From assembly GCF_947568905.1 (NCBI RefSeq), contig NC_079167.1, positions 10,416,001 to 10,480,000 of the forward strand: 64,000 bases of DNA. Reading direction: 5' to 3'. The position numbers and the translations under genes are program-made. The notes beneath the pieces are model-generated. The model saw nothing but the letters and a program-made list of their open reading frames with translations, was not told the DNA's origin and did not search any database. Position 1 is the first letter of the stretch, and every line of letters starts with the position of its first letter. Below, in pieces: positions 23,677 through 36,600 of this stretch. Source of the DNA: Ostrea edulis. Taxonomy: Eukaryota.

Positions 23677-24197
23677 ACAAGGTGAAGATAACGAACAGTG
23701 ATCAATCTCATAACTTTTATAAGCAATACAAAATAGATAGTTGGGCAAACACGGACCCCTGGATACACCAGAGGTGGGATCAGGTGCCTAAGAGGAGTAA
23801 AAATCCCCTGTTGACCGGTCACACCCGCCGTGAGACCTTATCCGCAGTCAAAATCAGTGAGCCAAGAACGGCTTAACAATCGGTATGAAACACGTCAGAC
23901 AGCATTTGACCCAATGCTAGATTGTATTGACGAACTAGATCGTTATAACGACCATAGAATTTGCGAAATGTTGACTTCAATCGAGACTGTTGAAACCCAT
24001 GTACCATCAACTTGTTTGTCAGTAGCTTACTGACTATACGCAGAACAAGCTCTTGCATATCGAATCAGTTGAGATATATAAACACCATATGCAGGTGATA
24101 ATGGAATATTGCTACATAAATATGGGAAATTGACGATGGAGAAGCTGAAATCATCCCGTTTGTCATACAGCTGAGTTGTCAGTTTGCCGTTAATGTC
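23677..24197 (-). mobile_element. Penelope-like element 3' fragment
   Basis: Reverse complement of the 10889-11430 family; ORF 23873-24058 gives KLLTNKLMVHGFQQSRLKSTFRKFYGRYNDLVRQYN. Confidence 0.8.
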
Positions 24198-24477
24198 TCA
24201 TAGTAACGAAAACATGAATTTTAATGGTTAAAATCTAATTCAAATTAAAGTCAAATATATTCATTCAAATGTTTTTATCCTTTGAAAAATGATAATACTT
24301 ATATTTCTATTATATATGTTCCGATATAGAAGCCAGTCAGATGAAGAGTGTGTATGTGTAGTAATGAAATTCTTCGATAGGTTTAAGATTTTGCGGGGAA
24401 ACTAACGCGTAGAAATCTGGTGAAATTGATTTTCATTATAATGAAAAAAATTAAATGTATGCAATTTTATATATATT

Positions 24478-25460
24478 ACACGACCATTCCTCACGATAAT
24501 TCAAAGACTAGATTTTTTGACATCATAGGCAGAACTTTGATTCTTCAATAAAAAAGGAAAAAGATCAGTCATTTAAAAAATGACTTTGTTAAACACCACT
24601 CTGATTCTACGCACACGTACTCTGAAGTTGATATTAATAAGATGCTGGAGTTCCTCATTGACAATATTTTCCTAGTCTTTAGTGATTAGGTCTTCTAACA
24701 GTCTGATGGTATTTGCATGGGCATGAATTGTATTCCTTTGTTAGTTGACCTGTTTTTATATTCTTTTGAGGCAGAATATATTCAAAAGCTTCTTCATGAG
24801 AGGAAAAAATATCCTGCTTTGGCCTTCAACTCAACATTCAGAATACATGTCGATTCGATATATCCCGGTGAACTCGAAATAAAAGACATCACAGAGTCTT
24901 CCACATCTGCTTTGTACTTAGATATCTTATTGAATAAACTAACAACTCGACTTTACGACAAACGGGATGAGTTCAACTTCTTCATCGTCAACTTCCCATA
25001 ATTATATAGCAATATTCCATTATCATCTGCACATGGTGTTTATGTCTCTTTACTGATTCGATACGTAAGAGCTTGTTCTGCGTATGATCAGTTTTTAAAT
25101 CGAGACAGGCTACTGACAAACAAGTTGATGGTACAGGGGTTTCAACAGTCTCGTTTAAAATCAACATTTCGCAAATTCTACGGTCGTTAAAACGATCTAG
25201 TTTGACAATACAACCTGTCATTGGGTCAAATGCTGTCCGAAGTGTTTCATACATGTACCAATTATTAGGCTACTCTTTATACAAGGATCACTCCGTTTTC
25301 CTGGTCAAGATATAGGGCTCTTGGTGGGCGTGACTGGTCGACAGGGGATGCTTACTCCTCACCCGAGGTATATCCAGTGGTACGTGTTTGCCCAACTCTT
25401 AATTTTGTATTGCTTATAGGAGTTACGAGATTAATCACTGTTCGTTATCTTCAACTTTTC
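24478..25460 (+). mobile_element. Penelope-like RT fragment with internal deletions
   Basis: MGMNCIPLLVDLFLYSFEAE..LYDKRDEFNFFIVNFP, plus the family 3' terminus. Confidence 0.85.
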
Positions 25461-26482
25461 AACTTTTCATTTAGATTAAAGCCAAAATTACTCGTTCAAA
25501 TGATTTTATCATTTGGTGTGTAGTATATATTTTTTCTTTATATATGCACATGTAGCAAAATTATATTTCATTCTGATCATTTCGCTTGACCAATATCATT
25601 TCATGCACACACATGTGGCTTTTAGCTTGACCTACATACAGAACAAAAATAGTTATTCCTTTATGATGTCAATCGTAGAACGACCTAATGATAATATATA
25701 GACTGAGGAGGCAGCCCTGAGCACGCTAAGGAATATAATTTTTTTTAAAAATGTTTTTAAGAAAAGGATAAGTTTTTAAAAATTCATTTTACCTTCAATA
25801 TGATTGCTTTTACACCATATATATTCATCGATAATCCAGCCATGTTATAACACCTGCTTTTTCCAGCATGTCATTTCGTGTGACTCGGACCCGAATCCAT
25901 GGAGTAATATATCTTGAACAGAAAGTAAGCAGTAATGGTATTGTAGTTTCTCGGGATTGATCAATTATCATGTTCGATGTCCGTAGCATTGAGTCGGATC
26001 TTCCCATATCCTAGTAGAACAGACTCGAAATTACTCTCAGGAAAAATGTTTACAGAATAGGATTTTCCCATCAGCTTGGGAGAAATTTTACTTAGATTAC
26101 CTTTCATTACATGGAATTTCTCTCATAGCTAGTTTTCCCATTCCTAGATATCCCATCCCGTACCTTCCTTTCATCTCACATGAGCTTGAAAGTCATTTGT
26201 TCCGTCGTCTGTCTTTCAGTGTGTTTATCATAATAGATTCATAACAAAATTTAATGAATTTTTGTCCCTGAAGTTACAATTCTGGAACTACTCTGGATTT
26301 TTTATTTATTTATATTTTTGTTGTTGTTATTTTTAATCTTTGCCCATGAATCATAAAAAGTAATGATGATTACGGGAGCTTATCATTATCTAAACAGATT
26401 ACGGGGTAATGTAATTTTTTTGTTATCAGCTGTGTAAAACAATGAGCTGATTGTATAATCAGCATACTTATGAAAGACAAAG

Positions 26483-27579
26483 ATGGTTCTCCTGAATGAC
26501 AGGTTTCGGTCTCTTCTAAGCATCCTTGGATTTGCTTGTAGTTTTGTCGGAGCTGTCTTACCGTACTGGAGTCACTCCCAGAAGCCGTGTCTGCACAGCA
26601 CGTGTACAAGTGAAATATTAACATCATTATTTTACGTCAAAAATTGCACGAGCAGCATGGGATGCTGGTATAAAACTTTCTACGACCCGATTCTACAAGA
26701 ACAGTATTTCGGTGATACGAAAGGTACCTTTTTATTTGAATACCCAAGTAACACGTCAATCTCAGCCTTGTAATTTCTGGCAGACACTTCCCCTTTCGAT
26801 TTCACATTACGTTATTGAGGACAAAGATTGTTTGTTTGTTGTTGTGTTTTGGTGGGGTTTTTTTTGTTGTTGTTGTTTTTTTTTTTTTTTTTTTTTTATT
26901 GTTGTTTTTTTTTGGGGGGGGGGGATAGGCGAAGGTGTTTTTAAAAAAAAATTGTGTTTTTATTCTGTAAGACAGCCTCATTCCAATACTAGCAGTGACA
27001 CAAGGGAAATGTATCACGTCTTTCCTCCTAAGTCTTGGTGCCATTGTACTGACAGTCAATGCAGTCTGTAAGCAGGATGGACGTCGTCTCATCTGGGTCC
27101 TTCTTCTTTTGTCTTTTTCAGGTACAAACATTTCTAGTAATTATCTTTTACTTTTTACCAGTTATATTTATAAATATCGGTTATTAATACGTCTATTCAA
27201 AAGAGACCCACACCTTGTGTAGATGCATTTTTAAGATAGCCATGTTTGTGTTTCCTGTGTTATATAAAATTTTATTTTGGAAAGTCTATACATGTGTATT
27301 TGGTCACTTCAAATCTCAAACATTCCTCCAATCAATGAAAGATCCTAATATCATAAAACTTTTACAAAAAATTAAGTTAAGGTAGCTCATTACACTAAAT
27401 TTTTATTTCATGGGTCGTTAAAACACCTCTTGTGAAGTATGATTTCACCATCGAAAGAGTGATACAAGTTCTCAAATATTTTATATGATTTTTTTTATTT
27501 GGTGATTTATCCCGAAATGATAATAAAGGTACTTTGTTTGCAAATAAGAGATTCTAGAGTCCAAATATATCCCACAAGG

Positions 27580-27638
<59 letters not shown>

Positions 27639-28248
27639 ATTGTTCAAAGCGAACGACAGTGTCGCTAAAATCGACCGAAGTTGAATGTGAATTTCCAGAC
27701 ATGAATGATGAAGGACTGTTCCGAGACGTCAGTCCAAATAAGCATCCGAGCTAAATCCCAGGGCTCAGATGTGTATTTCCTAATCGTTTAATTATTTTGG
27801 GAATGATTAGTTGATAATTATTTTTAAAAATATCAGCGCATTAATAATAAACTTTTCTCGTTCTGAACCCAGTTGCACGAAGATAAGTTAACTTCAAATA
27901 ACAGATAATAACTTGTCATTAACTCTTACATTTATACAGTTATAACTAGATGTTAACTGTCAGTTAAACTTATGGATCCACACACTGCACGACTGAGTTA
28001 AAGGATTATCTTTCTTTGCAGGACTGTTGATGCTGTCCATTGTGGCAGATTTCGTCGTGACGTACATCATGAACTATGATAAAGCAAATTCCTTGGGGAG
28101 TTTTCCTTATTCTGCAATTCTAGCTCTCCTCGGCGTTTGTTTATATGTCCTTATTGTCGTTGATGGCTTCAGTAGGCCCCTTGGAAGTATCGGATACCGA
28201 AAAATGTCTGAAGATATGGAACTTCCAAAAATTCAGAACGATGAATAG
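26483..28248 (+). CDS. Claudin/PMP22-like four-TM protein, paralog 3 (most diverged); join(26483-26723,26972-27121,28022-28248), 205 aa
   Basis: Phase-1 GT-AG junctions, a 150-nt exon 2 and a 227-nt exon 3 as in the other paralogs. Conserved MGCWYKTFYDP..QEQYFG, TQGKC, IGY..M and IQNDE*. Confidence 0.8.
27582..27634. repeat. (AT)n microsatellite
   Basis: Uninterrupted AT run. Confidence 0.95.
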
Positions 28249-28858
28249 TGACGAGGTTCAACATTGGCCAAAAATTCACACAAATTTCGACCTATTTTGG
28301 CGCTAGTTTCCAAATTGCCAAAATGGTAATCACCAAATCTAAGCCATTTTATATTCATAAATAAATGTGGAAGATAAATGTTTTATGAGGTACTAATTTG
28401 TTTGGACTGTTATACAAATGTAGTAGATAAATGTTTTATGAGGAGTACTAGTCTGTACGGTTTGAGATTATTTACACCTGTTCATATATTTTCAAAACGC
28501 TTGACACTTAGTCAGGCGGAATTTAGATATCCATTGCACGGATTCTTAATGATCGATGTAAGTTTAGGAAATAGTATTGCAACAGTCAGTAGATAGTATC
28601 GTAACAGTCATTCAAAGTTGTTTGGGGGTGGTGGTGGTGTTTTTTTGTTTTATAATGCAGTAAATTCAACCCCCCCCCCACCCTTTATTTGTATTATCTA
28701 GACTTGTATTTGAATTCTGTTTCACTTTATAGAATGGACGATTACTGTAGATATGTTTTTAAAAAGACTGATTACCTATTAAGAAAACCGTGACACCCCT
28801 CGCCAGCATACGTCATGGAGATGAAAAGTATGCCAACCTGTTCATACACTTATATAGT

Positions 28859-29368
28859 TACATTTCCAATGTTTTTGCCTTCGATATCTTTACCAATTGA
28901 AATGATAGCCATTTCCTCATAAATGTGAAGGATGTGCGAATGCATTTTGATAAGTATAGTACATAAAAGCTGGGAATTTCCCGACAGAAATGAAAATAGA
29001 ATGCAAATATAAAAATTGAATTTCATTTTAGAAAATACATGAGGGTTTGAACAGCAACGCTTCACGCCGACCGGTATACTTTTTAGAAGCGCTTCATGAA
29101 GTCTGCAGGTGTAAAGCATCGCAGTTAATACCCTCATGTATATTTCAAAATTGAAATTTATTTCTTAAATATACTTTTGAAGATGAAATTTATGCCTTTT
29201 ATTTACATTCTGCTTTCATTTTTTGTTGGAATTTTCATCCGTTAAAATAGACGTACTATATTTATCAAGATTCGTTCGCGCACTGTTCACAACTGCTGCG
29301 CATTCATGAGGAAATGGCCAACATTACAATTTGTAAAAATATCAAAGGCGAAAAACATTGAAAATGTA
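28859..29368. repeat. MITE-like element with about 60-bp imperfect inverted repeats
   Basis: tacatttccaatgtttttgccttcgatatc..gccatttcctcat (28859-28920) versus atgaggaaatggcc..aaaaacattgaaaatgta (29307-29368). Confidence 0.55.
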
Positions 29369-29921
29369 AATACTGTGTATAGATAAAAAGTGCATTTCAC
29401 TTTCAGAGCGCTTCACAAACTGAACACCGTGTTTGTATTTAGTTGATGTTTGTTCGATTAGTTGGAATAAACTAAAACATACTTAACATTTAAATTGCAT
29501 AATTCACTACTGTCAAAATTATTGACATTCCTTATCAATTAAAATTCGCCAAATTTTACACCAACCAAAAACCCTCTATACGGTGTATACTCAAAAACAA
29601 GTAGCTAAATTATTTTATGTAATAGCTCAAGGTTATTTAGAAGAAAACATGAAACATGTTATCGTGTATCATTTTATTCAAAGTTTGCTGATATTATACA
29701 TACTTGCGAAGCTCTTTGTCAAACACATTGTGCATATCAAATATGTTGACGATTCTCGATTGAAACATGCAGATATGAAAAATTATTTATAACTACAAAC
29801 TCCCATTTTATAGCTTTTGGTTATCATTGTGCCACTATGAAATGAAACTTCAGAAGATTGATATAAGATTATGATCAAATTGCATGAGGTGACTTATATA
29901 TTTCAGTACTAGTATATACAA

Positions 29922-32900
29922 TCAATCACAATTTTGAAATGAAAATATTAAAATGGAGACGAGGGTGAGGACTAGGATTGCAGGTCCCCTGAGACCGGAG
30001 GCGGATCCAGTCTGTAGAAGTTTCCTCAGCTGGCAGTACTCGGCTGGGGGCGGATTATCCCGCTGAGAATGGTGGTACAGAAATTTGCTGGTAATGTCGG
30101 TGAAGAACGTGTCATTAGTACTCAAAACTGTGGCTCTGCAAAACCCATGAAAAACAAACAACAATTAAGATAATCGAATGATAAGAATACTAATCATCTC
30201 GATGGTTCTTCAATAGCAATCATACAATTTGCATACATCTTCATCAATTACAATTCATTGATCTTGATATACTTTGGGAAAAAAGCATCCCTTTCCCCTT
30301 TTTGTTTTGACATGCTTACATATAGTAAATCTATTTGTTTTCCCTTGTTTTGATATACTTACGTAAAGCCAATCGTTTTGTTTTCCCTTGTTTTGACATA
30401 CTTACGTGAAGCCAATCGTTTTGTTTTCCCTTGTTTTGACATACTTACGTAAAGTCAATCGTTTTGTTTTCCCTTGTTTTGACATACTTACGTAGAGCCA
30501 GTCGTTTTGCTTTCCCTTGTTTTGACATACTTACGTAAAGTCAATCGTTTTGTTTTCCCTTGTTTTGACATACTTACGTAGAGCCAGTCGTTTTGCTTTC
30601 CCTTGTTTTGACATACTTACGTAAAGTCAATCGTTTTGTTTTCCCTTGTTTTGATATACTTACGTAAAGTCAATCGTTTTGTTTTCTCTTGTTTTGATAT
30701 ACTTACGTAAAGTCAATCGTTTTGTTTTCCTTTGTATTGACATACTTACGTAAAGCCAATCGTTTTGTTTTCCCTTGTTTTGATATACTTACGTGAAATC
30801 AATCGTTTTGTTTTCTCTTGTTTTGACATACTTACGTGAAGTCAATCATTTTGTTTTCTCTTCTTTTGACATACTTACGTGAAGTCAATCGTTTTGATTT
30901 CCTTTGTTTTGATACACTTACGTAAAGCCAATCGTTTTGTTTTCTTTTGTTTTGACATACTTACGTAAAGTCAATCGCTTTGTTTTCCTTTGTTTTGATA
31001 CACTTACGTAAAGCCAATCGTTTTGTTTTCTCTTGTTTTGACATACTTACGTGAAGTCAATCGTTTTGTTTTCTCTTGTTTTGACATACTTACGTAAAGT
31101 CAATCGTTTTGTTTTCTCTTGTTTTGACATACTTACGTGAAGTCAATCGTTTTGTTTTCTCTTGTTTTGACATACTTACATAAAGTCAATCGTTTTGTTT
31201 TCTCTTGTTTTGACATACTTACGTGAAGTTAATCGTTTCGTTTTCCTTTGTTTTGATACACTTACGTAAAGCCAATCGTTTTGTTTTCTCTTGTTTTGAC
31301 ATACTTACGTGAAGTCAATCGTTTCGTTTTCCCTTGTTTTGACATACTTACGTGAGGTTAATCGTTTCGTTTTCCTTTGTTTTGACATACTTACGTGAAG
31401 TCAATCGTTTCGTTTTCTTTTGTTTTGACATACTTACGTGAAGTCAATCGTTTTGATTTCCTTTGTTTTGATATACTTACGTAAAGTCAGTTGTTTCGTT
31501 TTCTCTTGTTATGACATACTTACGTGAAGTCAATCGTTTCGTTTTCCTTTGTTTTGATACACTTACGTAAAGTCAATCGTTTCGTTTTCCTTTGTTTTGA
31601 CATACTTGTACGTGAAGTCAATCGTTTCGTTTTCCTTTGTTTTGACATACTTACGTGAAGTCAATGGTTTCGTTTTCCTTTGTTTTGATATACTTACACG
31701 AAGTAAAGCGTCCTGTTATCCTTTGTTTTGATATACTTACACGAAGTAAAGCGTCCTGTTATCCTTTGTTTTGATATACTTACACGAAGTAAAGCGTCCT
31801 GTTATCCTTTCCAGAGGACGGTGACCAGTCTATGGTAGTTTCTAACAACGGATTGGGTTTATCTTCTGTTAAGACGCCAATAGCAACTCCCTGTAAATCA
31901 TATTTTTAAATGTATTGTATTTCTATTATAAATTTAATTTAAAGTCGCTTACTACATCAAGACTTGCACATTTTATGACTTTACGTCACAAGATGGCGAT
32001 TCAAAATGTTTTGTGAAATTACTTGCATTGATTGCTTTCTATCTATGTAGCTCAGTGGATAAGGTATCGGGTTACTGGCCTGTATATCCCGAGTTCAAAC
32101 CGCCAGTGTCTTTTGTGTTATTTATTGAAATATTTTTTTTTAATCATGCTTTTTTTTCCAAAATTGCATATTTTTGCCATTTTGACATATATGTACTTTT
32201 TACATATCTTTCATGATTAAATCATTTCTTGCTGATTTTATAAACTCTGTCAAGGTGTAGTGAGCCACCTTAAAGCTATGAAAGACCTTGATTTTAGCGG
32301 AATTTGTAGAAATGCTACAAGGTAGGATACAGTGCGAAACGTCTAAAGTCTTTTATATCCTTTGAAATCATAAAAATTCTCATTTTAAAAGCCAAGTGTA
32401 CGTAGATTTAAAGATTTTTCCCCGTGTTTAAACAACTCACATTTGCTAGAGAATTTTCGCAATGGACTGTTTGCAGGAATGAGCCTTTGGGTTTTTGCTG
32501 AAATATCCCTATCGCTGTCTGGTGGTCTTTGTCCTGACAATTTGCTATCCTTGCCTGCAACAGAGCGCCTTTGATTGAGTAGTCAGACTGGAACGGCTTC
32601 TTGGTAAATATCTTAACTGAAATATGTTTTAATACATGATTAAATCAGCAAACACAAATCCTCGTGCTAATACCAAGATACATAGACTGAAACAGGCGTA
32701 TTTTACTAACGGGGTCGAGTTTCATTTATTTCGTCCTCTCGCTGTTATTTTTCTGTAGTCCGTTCTCCAGGCTCCTAACGAGCTGTCGTTTCTGACATAA
32801 AATGGTAATTTATCCTAGGACTTAGGACTGCCATGTGTCCTGTGTAGTCTACAATCTCCCTTGCGTTACTCCAATGTTTCAGAGGCCCAACATATAAGGT

Positions 32901-33159
32901 ATAAATTGTAATAAAAGCCTTGTTTACCTTTTATGATGGAATCTTCATTATATTCATTGTTACTGATATGGATGTCGAATGGTTCCTGAGACTTCAACAT
33001 CTGGGCATTAGTAGAATCCTCGGCCAAGGTTTCTGGGAACATGTCCATGCACTCGCGTGTGTTCAAATAGAATGGGTGCTTATCCACAGGCTTCAAAGAA
33101 TGTACAAAGGGGAGAGAAAGTAGAAGTGACGAGGCACAGCATAACAACCAGAAATCCAT
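29922..33159 (-). CDS. Secreted, probably GPI-anchored Reeler-domain protein (defence-protein/FRRS1-like); complement join(33159-32928,32616-32441,31890-31784,30135-29922), 242 aa
   Basis: Signal peptide MDFWLLCCASSLLLSLPFVHS. Reeler motifs CMDMFP..PFDIHISNNEY, IKGALLQAR, IDWSP and LYFVATVL. Hydrophobic C-terminal tail AILVLTLVSILIFSF. Four GT-AG exons with consistent phases (1,0,2), 729 nt in total. Confidence 0.88.
30290..31810. repeat. 43-bp minisatellite, about 35 copies, in Reeler intron 3 and overlapping the exon-3 donor
   Basis: Units such as gtaaagtcaatcgttttgttttcccttgttttgacatacttac; the exon-proximal units are acgaagtaaagcgtcctgttatcctttgttttgatatacttac. Confidence 0.95.
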
Positions 33160-33454
33160 CTGTAAAGGGGTCGCTCATAGTCAATGTACAGTCAACAAAC
33201 AAAGGCATAAATACTACGGCATTTTATAAACAACAGTCAATTGCTGTGTCTTACTACCACTGTCTATTATTTACTGCCACTTTCTATTGCCACTGTCTAC
33301 TGCCTACTGCCTACTGCCAATGTCTATTGCCTCTGTTTACTGTTTTCGTCGCTACCTAAAGGCAATTGGTTGTTTTTTTTACTGTTTCCCTAGTAGGCAT
33401 GAATAATAATTATTATTGTTTTATTACCTAATCTGCTGATCGGGTAATAGTTTC

Positions 33455-33531
33455 TGACGTTATTGGGAAACAGTTCGCCACGTTACTGGGAAACAGTTCG
33501 TCACGTGATCGGTTAAAAGTAAATCACGTGA
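33455..33531. promoter_or_regulatory. Candidate cis-regulatory cluster: 23-bp tandem duplication containing TGGGAA plus two TCACGTGA E-boxes
   Basis: tgggaaacagttcg at 33464 and 33487; tcacgtga at 33501-33508 and 33524-33531; about 300-370 bp upstream of the Reeler ATG. Function is inferred only. Confidence 0.3.
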
Positions 33532-33616
33532 TGAACTGCTTCACCGCTGCTCATTTTGTGTACCTTTCTCTGTCAATTAAAGTCGGAAACAGAAAAAGAG
33601 TAGGTAATATTTCTTA

Positions 33617-36600
33617 CTGTCACTGTCTATTGCCATTGTCTAATGTTTAATGCCCCTGTCCACTGTTTGATGTCAATGTCTATTGCTTACTGTCACTACT
33701 TACTGTCTATTGTCACTGTCTACTATCATTGTCTACTGTCACTTTCTACTGTCATTGTCTATTGTCACTGTCTACTGTCATTGTCTATTGTCACTTCCTA
33801 CTATTATTGTCTATTGTCACTGTCTATTGTCACTGTCTACTATCATTGTCTACTGTCACTGTCTACTGTCATTGTCTATTGTCATTGTCTATTGTCACTG
33901 TCTAGTGTCACTGTCTACTGTCACTGTCTACTATCATTGTATATTATCACTGTCTACTATCATTGTCTATTGTCACTGTCTACTGTCATTGTCTATTGTC
34001 ACTGCCTACTATCATTGTCTACTATCATTGTCTACTGTCATTGTCTATTGTCACTGTCTACTGTCACTGTCTATTGTCACTGCCTACTATCATTGTATAT
34101 TATCACTGTCTACTATCATTGTCTATTGTCACTGCCTACTATCATTGTATATTATCATTGTCTACTATCATTGTCTATTGTCACTGTCTACTATCATTGT
34201 CTACTGTCACTGTCTACTATCATCGTTTACTGTCACTGTCTACTGTCACTGTCTATTGTCACTGTCTACTATCATTGTCTACTATCATTGTCTACTGTCA
34301 CTGTCTACTGTCATTGTCTATTGTCATTGTCTATTGTCACTGTCTAGTGTCACTGTCTACTATCATTGTCTACTGTCACTGTCTACTATCATTGTCTATT
34401 GTCACTGTCTACTGTCATTGTCTATTGTCACTGTCTACTGTCATTGTCTATTGTCACTGCCTACTGTCATTGTCTACTGTCATTGTCTATTGTCACTGTC
34501 TACTGTCACTGTCTATTGTCACTGCCTACTATCATTGTCTATTATCATTGTCTACTGTCACTGTCTACTATCATTGTCTACTATCACTGTCTACAGTCAC
34601 CGTCTACTATCATTGTCTACTGTCACTGCCTACTGTCATTGTCTATTGTCACTGTCTACTGTCACTGTCTATTGTCACTGCCTACTATCATTGTCTACTA
34701 TCATTGTCTACTATCATTGTCTACTATCATTGTCTACTGTCACTGTCTACTGTCATTGTCTATTGTCATTGTCTATTGTCACTGTCTAGTGTCACTGTCT
34801 ACTATCACTGTCTATTGTCACTGTCTACTATCATTGTCTACTGTCACTGTCTACTGTCATTGTCTATTGTCACTGCCTACTATCATTGTCTACTATCATT
34901 GTCTACTGTCATTGTCTATTGTCACTGTCTACTGTCACTGTCTATTGTCACTGCCTACTATCATTGTATATTATCACTGTCTACTATCATTGTCTATTGT
35001 CACTGTCTACTATCATTGTCTACTGTCACTGTCTACTGTCATTGTCTATTGTCACTGTCTACTATCATTGTCTATTGTCACTGCCTACTATCATTGTCTA
35101 CTATCATTGTCTACTGTCACTGTCTACTATCATTGTCTATTGTCACTGCCTACTATCATTGTCTACTATCATTGTCTACTGTCACTGTCTACTATCATTG
35201 TCTACTATCACTGTCTACAGTCACCGTCTACTATCATTGTCTACTATCATTGTCTACTATCACTGTCTACTATCATTGTCTATTATCACTGTCTACTATC
35301 ATTGTATATTATCACTGTCTACTGTCATTGTCTATTGTCACTGTCTACTGTCACTGTCTATTGTCACTGCCTACTATCATTGTCTATTATCATTGTCTAC
35401 TATCATTGTCTACTGTCACTGTCTACTATCATTGTCTACTATCACTGTCTACTGTCACTGTCTACTATCATTGTCTACTATCACTGTCTACTATCATTGT
35501 CTATTATCACTGTCTACTATCATTGTCTACTATCATTGTCTACTATCATTGTCTACTATCATTGTCTACTGTCACTGTCTACTATCATTGTCTACTATCA
35601 CTGTCTACAGTCACCGTCTACTATCATTGTCTACTGTCACTGCCTACTGTCATTGTCTATTGTCACTGCCTACTATCATTGTCTATTATCATTGTCTACT
35701 ATCATTGTCTACTGTCACTGTCTACTATCATTGTCTACTATCACTGTCTACTGTCACTGTCTACTATCATTGTCTACTATCACTGTCTACTATCATTGTC
35801 TACTGTCACTGCCTACTATCATTGTATATTATCACTGTCTACTATCATTGTCTACTATCATTGTCTACTATCATTGTCTACTATCATTGTCTACTGTCAC
35901 TGTCTACTATCATTGTCTACTATCACTGTCTACTGTCACTGTCTACTATCATTGTCTACTATCACTGTCTACAGTCACCGTCTACTATCATTGTCTACTA
36001 TCACCGTCTACTGTCACTGTCTACTATCATTGTATATTATCACTGTCTACTATCACTGTCTACTGTCACTGTCTACTATCATTGTCTACTATCACTGTCT
36101 ACTGTCACTGTCTACTATCATTGTCTACTATCACCGTCTACTATCATTGTCTACTGTCACTGTCTACTGTCACTGTCTATTGTCACTGCCTACTATCATT
36201 GTCTATTGTCACTGCCTACTATCATTGTCTACTATCATTGTCTACTGTCACTGTCTACTGTCATTGTCTATTGTCACTGTCTACTATCATTGTCTACTGT
36301 CACTTTCTACTGTCATTGTCTATTGTCACTGTCTACTGTCATTGTCTATTGTCACTTCCTACTATTATTGTCTATTGTCACTGTCTATTGTCACTGTCTA
36401 CTATCATTGTCTACTGTCACTGTCTACTGTCATTGTCTATTGTCATTGTCTATTGTCACTGTCTAGTGTCACTGTCTACTATCACTGTCTATTGTCACTG
36501 TCTACTATCATTGTCTACTGTCACTGTCTACTGTCATTGTCTATTGTCACTGCCTACTATCATTGTCTACTATCATTGTCTACTGTCATTGTCTACTGTC

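Noticed and set aside
26712-27131. ORFs with poly-F or poly-K runs
   Set aside because: They come from homopolymer tracts in intron 1 of paralog 3; only 26972-27121 is exonic.
30290-31810. Regularly spaced repeats resembling a CRISPR array (also 19290-19453)
   Set aside because: The units are head to tail with no unique spacers, there are no cas genes, and the context is eukaryotic and intronic.
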